The position numbers were made by a program, and so were the translations under genes. Of a DNA stretch of 64,000 bases, positions 18,430 to 29,005 are shown piece by piece. This DNA is from Phycisphaeraceae bacterium (GTDB taxonomy: Bacteria > Planctomycetota > Phycisphaerae > Phycisphaerales > Phycisphaeraceae), in assembly GCA_963674705.1 (NCBI GenBank), contig OY771506.1:1952001-2016000 (forward strand). The letters are read 5' to 3'. The notes under the pieces are model-generated. The model searched no databases. It was not told the origin of the DNA and saw only the letters and a list, made by a program, of their open reading frames with translations. Every line of letters starts with the position of its first letter. Within the stretch, counting starts at the first letter, position 1.

Positions 18430-19848
18430 ATGCGTCGACGGATTGGCTCGGGTTTGTTACCGATGATGGCTTGTGTTCTCGCCATGCACACCCCGTTGAT
18501 GGCTGAGACTGCTGCGGACACCGAGACCGAGCCGCAAAAAGAATTGACCGCTGAAAAAGAAATGGCTGACCTGTTATCCGCAAAGGTCGACCTGCAGACC
18601 AAGGAGCAGGACCTGCGCGCCGTCGCCGAGGCGATGCGTCACGAGGCGCTGTTGCTAACTTCGGTTTCCGAGATGCTCGACGGCGCAGCCGACTACCTTG
18701 ACCAGGCGGCGGTGTCTGTCGAGTCGTCGATCGAGGCGGTGCAGTCCGTTCGTAAGCAGGTGCCGAAGTTCGGCGAGGCGGTGTCCGATGCACGCTTCAG
18801 TCATATGACGCGCGGCGTAAACATGAGCCATTGGTTCTCGCAATCCGATGATGGGCAATATGACCCGGACTTCCTGAAGTCGAAGTACACCCGAAAAGAC
18901 TTCGACCTGATCCGGAGCATGGGATTCCGACACGTGCGGTTCCCTTTTGATCAATCGGTTTTATTTAATCCGAACGAGCCCGCGGAACTGAAGCCGGACT
19001 ATATCGAACTCTACCTGGCGAAGCTGGATGAAATGCTGGATGCCGACCTTGCGGTGATCGTTGTCATCCAGCCCAGTTATGGATTCAAGCAACAATTGCT
19101 CGACCCGGCGTTTGAACAGAAGGTGGCGACGTTCTGGCAGGCGCTGGCGTCTCGGTTGAGCAACCGAGACCCGGACCGTGTTTATCTGGAAGTTCTCAAT
19201 GAGCCGGCTCTGATGGAAACGGCGCAGTGGCGTCCGATCCAATGGCGCTTGCTGCAGGCGATGCGCGCCGGTGCGCCGGACCACACGTTGATTGCATCGG
19301 GCGGCAATTACTCCGGGCCGGAAGATTTGCTGAAGCTCGAACCTTACGCGGACCGCAACATCGTCTACAACTGGCATTACTACAAGCCGTTCGCATTTAC
19401 GCATCAAGGCGCGGCATGGGGCAAAGATACCTGGGCGAAGATGGCGGACATCCCGTGGCCTATGGATATCTCGGGCGTCCGCAAGGCGCTCGATGCGATC
19501 AAAGAACACGAGGTACGCATGGATATCCTGGGCACAACCTGGACGCGCGGCTCCGAAGCGTATCTGCGCAGCGACCTGCAGCGTGTCGCGGACTGGGCGG
19601 CGAACTATGGCACACGCGTCACCGCAAACGAGCTGGGCGTCTACACGCTCAAGGCCGACCGCGAATCGCGTCTGCGCTGGCACCACGTGGTGACATCAAC
19701 GCTCGACGATCTGGGTATCGGCTGGGCGATTTGGGATTACAGCGGGGGGTTTGATGTGGTGAAGAATATCGATGGCAAGCGCGTGCCGGATGAGCAGATG
19801 CTCGAAGCATTAGGCATGTCGCCATCCGGACAAGCCCCGCAGCAATAG
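18430..19848 (+). CDS. Glycoside hydrolase family 5 with an N-terminal coiled-coil segment
   Basis: RGVNMSHWF, GFRHVRFP, EVLNEP (acid/base), HYYKP and ANELG (nucleophile) motifs. Confidence 0.92.
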   Translation: MRRRIGSGLLPMMACVLAMHTPLMAETAADTETEPQKELTAEKEMADLLSAKVDLQTKEQDLRAVAEAMRHEALLLTSVSEMLDGAADYLDQAAVSVESSIEAVQSVRKQVPKFGEAVSDARFSHMTRGVNMSHWFSQSDDGQYDPDFLKSKYTRKDFDLIRSMGFRHVRFPFDQSVLFNPNEPAELKPDYIELYLAKLDEMLDADLAVIVVIQPSYGFKQQLLDPAFEQKVATFWQALASRLSNRDPDRVYLEVLNEPALMETAQWRPIQWRLLQAMRAGAPDHTLIASGGNYSGPEDLLKLEPYADRNIVYNWHYYKPFAFTHQGAAWGKDTWAKMADIPWPMDISGVRKALDAIKEHEVRMDILGTTWTRGSEAYLRSDLQRVADWAANYGTRVTANELGVYTLKADRESRLRWHHVVTSTLDDLGIGWAIWDYSGGFDVVKNIDGKRVPDEQMLEALGMSPSGQAPQQ

Positions 19849-19880
19849 GTATCGAAACATAGTTACGAACGTAAAACGTT

Positions 19881-21179
19881 TTGATGATGATGGACACACA
19901 CCTTACAACCCGCGACCAGCAAAGCTGCACCGCTAACCCGGAAGCGGCGTTGCGTAATCGTGTGTGTGACCATCTCAAACGGTTGGTGCTCGATTGCTGG
20001 TTCCCCGCGTGCATTGATCGGCAGGTCGGCGGTTTCCATCAGAACTTCAGCCGGGACTGGACGCGCAAACCGAGCACGACGCGGTCTCTGGTATTCCAGT
20101 CGAGGATGGCCTGGGTTGCGGCAGAAGCTTCGCATCTTTTCCCCAGCAAGCGAGATCATTATCTTGCGATCGCGCAGCACGGCCTGGATGGTATTCAACA
20201 GTACTTGGCCGACGGGGAGCAGGGGGGCTATTACTTCGCAACCGATCCGCCGGGCGTTCCAAGGGAAGCGGTCGATGTGAAGCATGCGTATGCGATGGCG
20301 TTCGTGATTTACGCCGCCGCAACCGCGAGCTTTGCCGGCGCTTCGGATCGTGCAAAATCCATGGCAATCGATGCGTTCACCTGGCTGTACAACAACGCAT
20401 GGGACCAAAAGCACGGCGGATGCCACGAAGCATTACAGCGATCGGGCAAGCCCGTCTGTGTTGACGCATCTGCCGATCAAGCATCAGGCAACGATTCGAT
20501 CGGCACGCCTCTTGCTCACAAGACCATGAATACGCACATCCATCTGCTCGAGGCCTGCACGGCGCTGTACCGCGTCTGGCCCGATCCGCTCGTAAAGCAA
20601 GTGATCGAAAATCTTCAGCAGTTGATCTACGAGAAGATGTGGGTTGAGCCGGGCACGGTGCACACAGTTTTCACGAACGACTGGGTGCCCGTTAAGGATG
20701 GCGAATCCTTCGGGCACAACGTCGAGACCGCCTACCTGCTTGTCGAATCCATGCATGCGCTTGGCAAGCCCGATGATGCAGACACGTGGGACAAGGCCCG
20801 GATGCTTGTCGACCATGCGCTGAAAGTCGGCTGGGACAAGGCGCACGGCGGCTTCTTCGATAGCGGCGACGGCAAAGGCGCGGTCAGCGACGATACCAAG
20901 ACATGGTGGGTCCAGGCCGAAGGGCTCAACGCGCTGTGTCTGATGCATAAACACTTTTACGCGCAAACCGATCGATACTTCGAGAAGTTACAGCAGCAGT
21001 GGGCGTTTATAACGCAGCACCAGACCGACAGCGTCCACGGCGGGTGGTACGGTTACCTCCGCTGGGACGGCGAACAGGTCCTGGACGGTGGCGAAAAAGC
21101 GAACGAATGGAAGACGGCTTACCACAACGCGCGTGCGTTGATGAACATTATCAGATTACTCGAACCAGGGGCGAAGTAA
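19881..21179 (+). CDS. AGE-family epimerase (cellobiose/mannobiose 2-epimerase)
   Basis: KTMNTHIHLLEA, SFGHNVE, WWVQAE and WKTAYHNAR motifs. Confidence 0.92.
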   Translation: MMMMDTHLTTRDQQSCTANPEAALRNRVCDHLKRLVLDCWFPACIDRQVGGFHQNFSRDWTRKPSTTRSLVFQSRMAWVAAEASHLFPSKRDHYLAIAQHGLDGIQQYLADGEQGGYYFATDPPGVPREAVDVKHAYAMAFVIYAAATASFAGASDRAKSMAIDAFTWLYNNAWDQKHGGCHEALQRSGKPVCVDASADQASGNDSIGTPLAHKTMNTHIHLLEACTALYRVWPDPLVKQVIENLQQLIYEKMWVEPGTVHTVFTNDWVPVKDGESFGHNVETAYLLVESMHALGKPDDADTWDKARMLVDHALKVGWDKAHGGFFDSGDGKGAVSDDTKTWWVQAEGLNALCLMHKHFYAQTDRYFEKLQQQWAFITQHQTDSVHGGWYGYLRWDGEQVLDGGEKANEWKTAYHNARALMNIIRLLEPGAK

Positions 21180-21257
21180 GTGAACCACAGACCGAAGTCG
21201 TGTTCGGTCGATTATGAAGTGCATGGGCCGATCAACCGGCCTAACCAGGATTGAACC

Positions 21258-22271
21258 ATGACCGAGATCGCATCCAATTCGACCAAAAAAATTCCCGTCC
21301 GCCCCATCAAGCAATCGCTGGTTGCACCGATGCCCTGGCAGGACAGGCCCGCCGGTTGCCATGACGTCGTCTGGCGCTACGACAAGAACCCGGTCATCCC
21401 GCGCAACCTGCTGCCGACCTCCAACAGCATCTTCAACAGTGCTGTCGTACGCTACGGTAATGCGTTTGCAGGTGTCTTCCGTGTCGACGATCAATGCCGA
21501 AACATGCGCCTCCACGCCGGCCGAAGCAAGGACGGCATCAACTGGCAGATCGATCCCGAGACGATCAAGTTCGTCTGTGATGATCCGGAGATCGGCGCGT
21601 TCTGCTACGGGTACGATCCGCGTGTCTGCTGGATCGAAGACCGCTATATCGTTACCTGGTGTAACGGGTATCACGGCCCGACCATCGGCGTTGCCTACAC
21701 GCACGACTTCAAAACCTTCCATCAATTGGAAAACGCTTACCTGCCGTTCAACCGCAACGGCGTGATGTTCCCGCGGAAGATCAACGGCAAGTACATGATG
21801 CTCAGCCGGCCCAGCGACAACGGGCATACACCCTTCGGTGAAATCTTCCTCAGCCAGAGCCCGGATATGATCCACTGGGGGTGCCACCGCCACGTGATGA
21901 AGCCCGAGCAGCCCTGGGAGTACACCAAGATCGGCGCTGGCCCGATCCCGATCGAGACCGATGAAGGCTGGCTGATGTTCTACCACGGCGTGCTGACATC
22001 CTGTAACGGTTTTGTCTACAGCTTCAGCGCGGCGCTGCTTGATCTTGATGAACCGTGGAAAGTCATCGCGCGTGCCAAGCCTTACATGTTCTCGCCGCAG
22101 CGTGATTATGAATGCGTCGGCGATGTGCCGAACGTCACGTTCCCCTGTGCGGCGCTGGTGGATGAAGAAACGGGTCGGCTCGCCATCTACTACGGTGCTG
22201 CGGACACGGTGACCGGGTTAGCGTTTGCCAAGCTCGACGAGGTGATCGCGTTCATCAAGGACAACGCATAA
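21258..22271 (+). CDS. GH130 beta-1,4-mannooligosaccharide phosphorylase
   Basis: [32 protein letters not shown] and YYGAAD motifs. Confidence 0.93.
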   Translation: MTEIASNSTKKIPVRPIKQSLVAPMPWQDRPAGCHDVVWRYDKNPVIPRNLLPTSNSIFNSAVVRYGNAFAGVFRVDDQCRNMRLHAGRSKDGINWQIDPETIKFVCDDPEIGAFCYGYDPRVCWIEDRYIVTWCNGYHGPTIGVAYTHDFKTFHQLENAYLPFNRNGVMFPRKINGKYMMLSRPSDNGHTPFGEIFLSQSPDMIHWGCHRHVMKPEQPWEYTKIGAGPIPIETDEGWLMFYHGVLTSCNGFVYSFSAALLDLDEPWKVIARAKPYMFSPQRDYECVGDVPNVTFPCAALVDEETGRLAIYYGAADTVTGLAFAKLDEVIAFIKDNA

Positions 22272-22281
22272 GCGGGCACAA

Positions 22282-23721
22282 GTGAACTTCAGACGCCGAC
22301 GACACAGGTTTATCAGTTCAGCCGTGGCCGTGGTGTTGCTTGTTCCGGTTTGCCTGGCGATGTTAAGTTGCGACAACCGGGTGCAAGACACCACCGACGA
22401 CGGCCGCGTCATCGTGCGCTACTGGGAAAAGTGGACGGATTTTGAATACGACGCCATGCGCGCCGTGGTCGATGACTTCAACAAGTCGCAGCAGCGGATC
22501 TATGTCGAGATGACGCAGATCAGTGAGCCTGACCGGAAGCTGATCCTGGCGACCGCGGGCGGCAATCCGCCTGATGTGGCGGGCCTGTGGTCGTACAACG
22601 TCAGCAGCTTCGCCGAAAAAGGTGCGCTAACGCCGTTAAGCAATCGGCTTGACGCGGTGGGTATCAATAAGGGTCAGTACATCCCGGCGTTGTGGGATAT
22701 CTGCTCGCATCGCGGCGAGGTCTGGGCGCTTCCTTCCACGCCCTCAACGCTCGCGCTGCATTGGAACCGCCGACTGTTCCGCGAAGCGGGCTTCGACCCC
22801 GACACGCCGCCGACTTCGCTCACGCAACTCGACGAGATGGCGGAACAGTTGACGATCGTCGAGATAAAACGCGACAACGAAACCGTGCGCGTCCGCTATA
22901 CCGAACTGACCGATAGCGAGAAGGCAGCCAAGGACTTCAGGATCATCCAACTGGGGTTCAGCCCGCACGAGCCCGGATGGTGGAAGCAGGCATGGGGCTA
23001 CTGGTTCGGCGCCGACCTGTGGGACGGCGACCGCACGATCGAAGCCGACTCACCGGAAAACATCGAAGCGTTCGAGTGGATCGCCGGCTACACCGAAAAG
23101 TACGGCGTGAAGAACATGCTCAGCTTCGGCGAATCGTTCGGCAACTTCTCCTCGCCTCAGAATCCTTTCCTCGATGAGCGCGTCGCGATGGAGATTCAGG
23201 GCGTGTGGATGTACAACTTCATCGAGAAGTTTTCGCCTAACCTGGATTGGGCCGCCGCCCCGTTCCCCTCGGCCTATCCCGACAAGCTGCCGAATGTCAC
23301 GATCGTTGAATGCGATGTACTCGTCATCCCCACCGGCGCGCGACACCCGGACGAGGCGTTTGAGTTCATCTGCTATGTCAACAGCCAGAAGCCGATGGAA
23401 AAACTCTGCCTCGGGCACCGTAAGTTCAGCGCATTCATCGAATACAGTGACGGCTTCGTCGAAAACCATCCGAACCCGTTCATTGATGTCTTCATCGAGC
23501 TTGCCAAGAGCCCGAACGGCAAGACCACGCCGCGCACCCCGATCTGGGAAAGCTATGAAGATGAACTGATCGTCGCCGCCGACCGTGTCTATCGACACAT
23601 CGCTACGCCACGGGATGCGCTCGCTTATGCACAGAACCGCTCCGCCAAGGCGATGGCCCGCAACCTCCGCGTCTGGGACGCCACCGCCGAAGCGCGCAAG
23701 AAAGAGTGGGCAGACCAATGA
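22282..23721 (+). CDS. Carbohydrate ABC transporter substrate-binding lipoprotein
   Basis: Lipobox MLSC; AGGNPPDV, LHWNRRLF and VAMEIQGVW motifs. Confidence 0.92.
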   Translation: MNFRRRRHRFISSAVAVVLLVPVCLAMLSCDNRVQDTTDDGRVIVRYWEKWTDFEYDAMRAVVDDFNKSQQRIYVEMTQISEPDRKLILATAGGNPPDVAGLWSYNVSSFAEKGALTPLSNRLDAVGINKGQYIPALWDICSHRGEVWALPSTPSTLALHWNRRLFREAGFDPDTPPTSLTQLDEMAEQLTIVEIKRDNETVRVRYTELTDSEKAAKDFRIIQLGFSPHEPGWWKQAWGYWFGADLWDGDRTIEADSPENIEAFEWIAGYTEKYGVKNMLSFGESFGNFSSPQNPFLDERVAMEIQGVWMYNFIEKFSPNLDWAAAPFPSAYPDKLPNVTIVECDVLVIPTGARHPDEAFEFICYVNSQKPMEKLCLGHRKFSAFIEYSDGFVENHPNPFIDVFIELAKSPNGKTTPRTPIWESYEDELIVAADRVYRHIATPRDALAYAQNRSAKAMARNLRVWDATAEARKKEWADQ

Positions 23722-24602
23722 CACGAGGCGAACGCCGAAAATTCTGGACCGGCCTCGCCTTCGTCAGCCCATGGGTCGTCGGCTTCCTCGTCTTCGGCCT
23801 GTACCCCATCGTCATGGCCGCCTACTACTCGTTCTGCAATTACAACGTCCTGCAGGATGCACAATTCGTCGGCCTGATCAACTACCAGGAAATGCTCGAA
23901 GACGATGTGCTCTGGAAAGCGCTTTACAACACGCTGTTCTACGCAATCTTCTCCGTGCCATTAGGTTTGATCGTCGCGCTGCTCTTCGCCGTCCTGCTTA
24001 ATCGCCCGATCTTCGGCCGCTCGATTTTCCGTATGCTGTTTTATGTCCCGTCGATCGTCCCACTTGTCGCGATCGCCATGATCTGGCTATGGGTGTTTAA
24101 CGGCGACGTCGGCCTGCTCAACTACGCACTGAGCCTCATCGGTATCGACGGCCCCAACTGGCTCGCCGACCCCGCGTGGACAAAACCAACGCTCATCCTC
24201 TCCGCCATCTGGATGGTCGGCGGCGCAATGGTTCTCTTCCTCGCAGGATTGCAGGACGTGCCGCGTTCGCTTTACGAATCAGCCGAGCTCGACGGCGCAG
24301 GCGCAGCCAAACAGTTCTGGCACATCACCGTCCCCATGGTCTCGCCCGTGATCTACTTCAACCTCATCATGGGCATCATCTACTCGATCCAGGAACTGGT
24401 CAGGCCCTACATCATGCTGCCCGACGGCGGACCCGACCGTTCGGGCCTGTTCTTCGCGGTCTATTTGTATCAAACCGCTTTCCGTGACCTGCGCATGGGC
24501 TACGCCTCCGCGATGGCGATGCTCATGTTCTTCATCATTTTGCTGCTCACGTGGGCTGTCACCAAGCTCATCCAAAGCCGTATCTATTACGAGGGAGCGT
24601 AA
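23718..24602 (+). CDS. Carbohydrate ABC transporter permease (MalF-like)
   Basis: Six hydrophobic segments; EAA loop LYESAELDGA; ATGA overlap with the binding-protein gene. Confidence 0.93.
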   Translation: MTRGERRKFWTGLAFVSPWVVGFLVFGLYPIVMAAYYSFCNYNVLQDAQFVGLINYQEMLEDDVLWKALYNTLFYAIFSVPLGLIVALLFAVLLNRPIFGRSIFRMLFYVPSIVPLVAIAMIWLWVFNGDVGLLNYALSLIGIDGPNWLADPAWTKPTLILSAIWMVGGAMVLFLAGLQDVPRSLYESAELDGAGAAKQFWHITVPMVSPVIYFNLIMGIIYSIQELVRPYIMLPDGGPDRSGLFFAVYLYQTAFRDLRMGYASAMAMLMFFIILLLTWAVTKLIQSRIYYEGA

Positions 24603-24604
24603 GC

Positions 24605-25594
24605 ATGCCGCGCTTCGGGTTCCAGGCGACCCGCCTCATCTTGATGATCGTGATCTGCGGCGTGTTCATCACACCGCTGCTATGGATGGTTTCAACATCG
24701 CTCAAGCCGTTGGACCAGACCATGCAGATGCCCCCGCGCTGGCTGCCTTACGAATGGCAGGCCACGATCGACGGCCAACTTGTCGCTGTTGATCTCAAAG
24801 ACAGCGAAGCCGTCGTCAAGGCAGGCGGCCCCATCAAGGTCGAAGTCGCCGAAGGCCCATCCAAAGGCGAGCCACACACCCTCGACGCATCACAACTACA
24901 ACGCAAAATCGCTCCGCAGTGGGGCAACTACAAAGAAGCCGTCCATGAGATGCGCGAGTTCCCGCGCTACCTGCGCAACAGCCTCATCCTCTGCACGCTT
25001 ACTGTCATCGGCACCGTCCTCTCCTGCTCCATCGTCGCCTACGGCTTCTCGCGCGTGGAGTGGAAAGGCCGCAACACGTTGTTCCTCGTCGTCCTTGCAA
25101 CGATGATGATCCCGTTCCCCGTCACGATGGTCCCGCTCTACGGCCTGTTCCGCGAGCTCGGTTTCATCGGCTCGCTCAAGCCACTTTGGGTCCCCACCTT
25201 CTTCGGCACAGCGTTCAACATCTTTCTACTCCGCCAGTTTTTCATGACCATCCCGCGCGATCTTTCCGAAGCAGCAAGGATCGATGGCTGCAGCGAGTTC
25301 ATGATCTTCATCAAGATCATCCTCCCGCTCGCCAAGCCTGCCGTCACCGTCGTCGCGCTCTTCCAGTTCCTCTATGCGTGGAACGACTTCCTCGGCCCGC
25401 TCATCTACCTCACCGACCAGAAAGACTTCACGCTCGCGCTGGGCTTACAGTTCTTCCAGAGCCAGCAAGGCGGGACACAATGGCATTACCTGATGGCCGC
25501 CAGCGCCCTCGTACTGCTCCCCGTCCTCCTGCTCTTCTTCTTCACACAACGCACCTTCATCGAAGGCGTTTCGATGTCAGGACTCAAAGCATAA
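24605..25594 (+). CDS. Carbohydrate ABC transporter permease (MalG-like)
   Basis: LSEAARIDGC EAA loop; WNDFLGPLIYL. Confidence 0.93.
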   Translation: MPRFGFQATRLILMIVICGVFITPLLWMVSTSLKPLDQTMQMPPRWLPYEWQATIDGQLVAVDLKDSEAVVKAGGPIKVEVAEGPSKGEPHTLDASQLQRKIAPQWGNYKEAVHEMREFPRYLRNSLILCTLTVIGTVLSCSIVAYGFSRVEWKGRNTLFLVVLATMMIPFPVTMVPLYGLFRELGFIGSLKPLWVPTFFGTAFNIFLLRQFFMTIPRDLSEAARIDGCSEFMIFIKIILPLAKPAVTVVALFQFLYAWNDFLGPLIYLTDQKDFTLALGLQFFQSQQGGTQWHYLMAASALVLLPVLLLFFFTQRTFIEGVSMSGLKA

Positions 25595-25719
25595 ACGACC
25601 CGAAAAACACAGAAAAACCGCAGTTTTATGCAGATTTATTGAGTAATTTTTATGTATTAAATCAGGCCCCCAAGTGGTACAATAGTTACTGGCCGCTTAT
25701 GGGGTGGAGGATCGTTACG

Positions 25720-27498
25720 ATGAAGTCTTACCTATCGCTCGCTCTGCTTTTCGCTATCGCGCAATCCTTCGTTTTCGCGCAGACATCCGCCGCCGCCACC
25801 TACCGATACGAAGCGGAAAACGCCACGCTCTTCGGCACCGCCGTCTCCAGCTCCTTCCCCGGCTACTCCGGTTCGGGATACGTCACCGACTTCAACGCCT
25901 CGGATGGCTCCGACCGCTTCCAGCTTAACGTCGACGTCCCCGAGGGCCGCTACGAACTGTGGATCGGCTACCGCTCGCAGTACGGCGACAAGGGCTACTA
26001 CTACAACATCGACGGCTCCACCGGCAGCGGCACCTTCGATCAATCCTTCTTCTTCAGCGAAGATCGCGCCGGCATCTTCGATCTCTCCGCTGGCATCAAC
26101 ACACTCGAGATCTCACAATTCTGGGGCTACTACGATGTCGACTACCTCGAGTTCCGCTCGCATGCGCCGACCGAGCTTTTGCCCGTCTCGCGCGCCCTCG
26201 TCGATTCACAGGCCGACCTGCAAACGCAGTGGCTACGCAACTACATGAACGATATCTACGGCAGCAAGTCGCTGTTCGGCCTGCAACACAACGGCAGCAA
26301 AAACCTTGCCTTCCCCGTTCAGGACTTCGTCAACATGGCAGGCGGATACACGCCCGCCATACGCTGCGCCGACTTCATCGAGTATTCCCCTTCAAGACTC
26401 GCCTACGGCTCAACCCCCGACAACGAATCCGAACAAGCCATCGCATGGGCACAGCAGACCGGCGGCGTCGTCTCCATGTCCTGGCACTGGAACGCACCCA
26501 CCGACCTCATCAACGAGCCCGACAAGGAATGGTGGCGCGGCTTCTACACCTATGCAACCACCTTCGACGTCGCCGCCGCCCTCGCCAACCCGGCCGGTGA
26601 AGACTACGCACTGCTTCTCCGCGACATCGACGCCATTGCAAGCGAATTGCAGAAGTTCGAAGATGCAGGCGTCCCCGTCATCTGGCGCCCCTTGCACGAA
26701 GCCCAGGGCGGTTGGTTCTGGTGGGGCGCGCAAGGCCCCGATGCCTTCAAGGAATTGTGGTCACTCATGTACGACCGCATGACCAACCACCACGGCCTGC
26801 ACAACCTCATCTGGGAGTTCACCTCCTCCGCCGCCGAGGGCGACTACCTCGATTGGTACCCCGGCGACGACGTCGTCGACATCGTCAGCGTCGACATCTA
26901 CACCGATCCCGAATCCAACATGAGCGGCCAATGGGCTGACCTGCTCGATCAATACAACGGCAACAAGATGCTCACGCTCTCCGAAACCGGCACGCTCCCC
27001 GACCCCGATGAAATGGACATGTGGGGTATCGACTGGGGCTACATCTCCACCTGGACCTGGGATCACATCCTCAATACCTACGCCGACGCCGGCTACAGCA
27101 CCGCCCAACTGCAAGCCATCCTCCAGAACTTCCTCAGCCACGAAGACATCATCACCCTCGACGAACTGCCCGCCACCCCATGGCTGCAAACCCTCCCCGG
27201 CGACCTCGACGCCGACGGCTTCGTCGGCCTCACCGACCTCGACCTCATCCTCCAATACTGGAACCAAACCACCAACGCCCAAAACCTCTTCGCCGACCCC
27301 TCCAACGACGGCTTCATCGGCCTCGACGACCTCGACATCGTCCTCGCCAACTGGAACACCGGCACCCCACCCACCACAACGGTACCCGAACCAACAACCA
27401 TGTCCTTACTGGTGATCAGTCTGGCTGCTGCATACCGTCGTACGCGTCGCCACACGCACTCATGTCTGACATCCACAGTTTGTGGTGCTGCGCGTTAA
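25720..27498 (+). CDS. GH26 beta-mannanase with an N-terminal CBM35-like domain, dockerin-like repeat and PEP-CTERM tail
   Basis: YEAENA...YSGSGYV (CBM); WHWNAP, WRPLHEAQGGWFWWG, WYPGDDVVDI and LSETG (GH26); VPEP tail. Confidence 0.93.
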   Translation: MKSYLSLALLFAIAQSFVFAQTSAAATYRYEAENATLFGTAVSSSFPGYSGSGYVTDFNASDGSDRFQLNVDVPEGRYELWIGYRSQYGDKGYYYNIDGSTGSGTFDQSFFFSEDRAGIFDLSAGINTLEISQFWGYYDVDYLEFRSHAPTELLPVSRALVDSQADLQTQWLRNYMNDIYGSKSLFGLQHNGSKNLAFPVQDFVNMAGGYTPAIRCADFIEYSPSRLAYGSTPDNESEQAIAWAQQTGGVVSMSWHWNAPTDLINEPDKEWWRGFYTYATTFDVAAALANPAGEDYALLLRDIDAIASELQKFEDAGVPVIWRPLHEAQGGWFWWGAQGPDAFKELWSLMYDRMTNHHGLHNLIWEFTSSAAEGDYLDWYPGDDVVDIVSVDIYTDPESNMSGQWADLLDQYNGNKMLTLSETGTLPDPDEMDMWGIDWGYISTWTWDHILNTYADAGYSTAQLQAILQNFLSHEDIITLDELPATPWLQTLPGDLDADGFVGLTDLDLILQYWNQTTNAQNLFADPSNDGFIGLDDLDIVLANWNTGTPPTTTVPEPTTMSLLVISLAAAYRRTRRHTHSCLTSTVCGAAR

Positions 27499-27633
27499 GA
27501 ATCTGTCACGACATGGTTTACCGCTGCGTCTGAAAATCTGGCGGGTTGCCCCAAACCACTAATTTCATAATATAAGATACAAATATATTGTAATTACTAT
27601 AAGAATTGTTACGCTGATTGATGGTGCTTGCCA

Positions 27634-27657
27634 CCGAGTAGCCGAGTAGCCGAGTAG
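27634..27657 (+). repeat. Short tandem repeat (CCGAGTAG)x3
   Basis: Three exact 8-mers about 40 bp upstream of the start at 27696. Confidence 0.85.
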
Positions 27658-27695
27658 ACGTAATACCCATTCATGTCAGAAAGTGAGGGGATGCG

Positions 27696-28817
27696 ATGGG
27701 CTCATGCAAGCAGTATCTGTCATTTCTATGCGTGCTTACGATCGGTGTGAATGCCTATGCGTATCTGACGGTCGGCGATTGGCAGCCGATTTTCAGAGGC
27801 GTCGAACTCGCGACCGGCGAAACCAACGAGCCACGTCTACAGAAGGTCAACGCCATCCGCATCGACCTGTTCGACCCGGATATCAGGCTCATCACCACGC
27901 CCGGTAATGGAGCCTTGCCCGGCGACACCACGCGACAGACGGCATCCGCCTACATGACGTCTACCGATGTACAGGTCGCGATCAACGGCCAATACATCGA
28001 CCTGGCCACGAGCTATCCATACGGTGACCTGTGGGGCCTTGCGATGCACGAGGGACAGATCGTTTCGCCTGCGCAGGACCTGCACGCGTTGATCGGGGTG
28101 AATCCCGGCACGCTCTTGGTCACCGAGGACAACGTCGCTCGTATAGAACAAACCTACCCCACGACAGACCTCACAGGCGTTTGGACCGCCATCGAATCCT
28201 GGGCATACCTGTTGGTCAACGGCGTGAACACCGGCGACCCACGTATCATCCCCGGCAACGTCGAGCCACGCTCCGCGCTGGGCCTCAGCCAGGACGGCAG
28301 GTACCTGATTCTGATGACGATCGACGGCCGACAGACCGGCTACAGCGAAGGCGCTACCGCCTATGAAGAATCCGAATGGCTCCAACGCTTCGGCGCCTAC
28401 AACGGCATCAACCTCGACGGCGGCGGCTCGACCCACATGTGGATCTCCGAATACGATGGCGCCACCTACGCCGTCAACAGCCCCACGGAAAACCGTGCGG
28501 TCAGCAATCACCTGGGCATCTACGCCGCACCGCTCAATCCACCGCTCGTAGGCGACCTGAACAGCGATGGCTACGTCGGACTGGCCGACCTGGACATCAT
28601 CCTCCACAACTGGAACCAGCACGTACCCATCGGCAGCAAAATCCACGGCGACATCGCCGGCATCGGCGACGGCTACGTCAGCATGTCCGACCTCGACGTC
28701 CTGCTAAACAACTGGAACGCCAGCATCCCACCCACCACCAGCACCAACACCCCCGAACCCACCACCTTGACCATCCTCCTTCTCGCCGCCACCACACTAA
28801 CCAAACGCCCCCACTAA
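27696..28817 (+). CDS. Phosphodiester glycosidase (NAGPA-like) with dockerin-like repeat and PEP-CTERM tail
   Basis: AINGQY, EPRSALG, IDGRQ and NLDGGGST motifs; TPEP tail. Confidence 0.9.
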   Translation: MGSCKQYLSFLCVLTIGVNAYAYLTVGDWQPIFRGVELATGETNEPRLQKVNAIRIDLFDPDIRLITTPGNGALPGDTTRQTASAYMTSTDVQVAINGQYIDLATSYPYGDLWGLAMHEGQIVSPAQDLHALIGVNPGTLLVTEDNVARIEQTYPTTDLTGVWTAIESWAYLLVNGVNTGDPRIIPGNVEPRSALGLSQDGRYLILMTIDGRQTGYSEGATAYEESEWLQRFGAYNGINLDGGGSTHMWISEYDGATYAVNSPTENRAVSNHLGIYAAPLNPPLVGDLNSDGYVGLADLDIILHNWNQHVPIGSKIHGDIAGIGDGYVSMSDLDVLLNNWNASIPPTTSTNTPEPTTLTILLLAATTLTKRPH

Positions 28818-29005
28818 ACACCCTCCGTTTAGCGGGCGATCGCAGATCGCTGCGTGGTGGTGTGTATTGGTTCGATATTGTGGGAATAAGGCTAAAGTCA
28901 ATGAAGAGATTTTACGGATGAAAATGATACAACTTTTGGATTGAATATCAGATCAATGGCTGTCATGGATATGAGCATACCCAAGATAGCCGGTGAAAAC
29001 ATACA

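Noticed and set aside
25060..25719. N-terminal 220 aa of the 812-aa ORF
   Set aside because: It overlaps the permease in another frame; the GH26 protein starts at ATG 25720 with an RBS and signal peptide.
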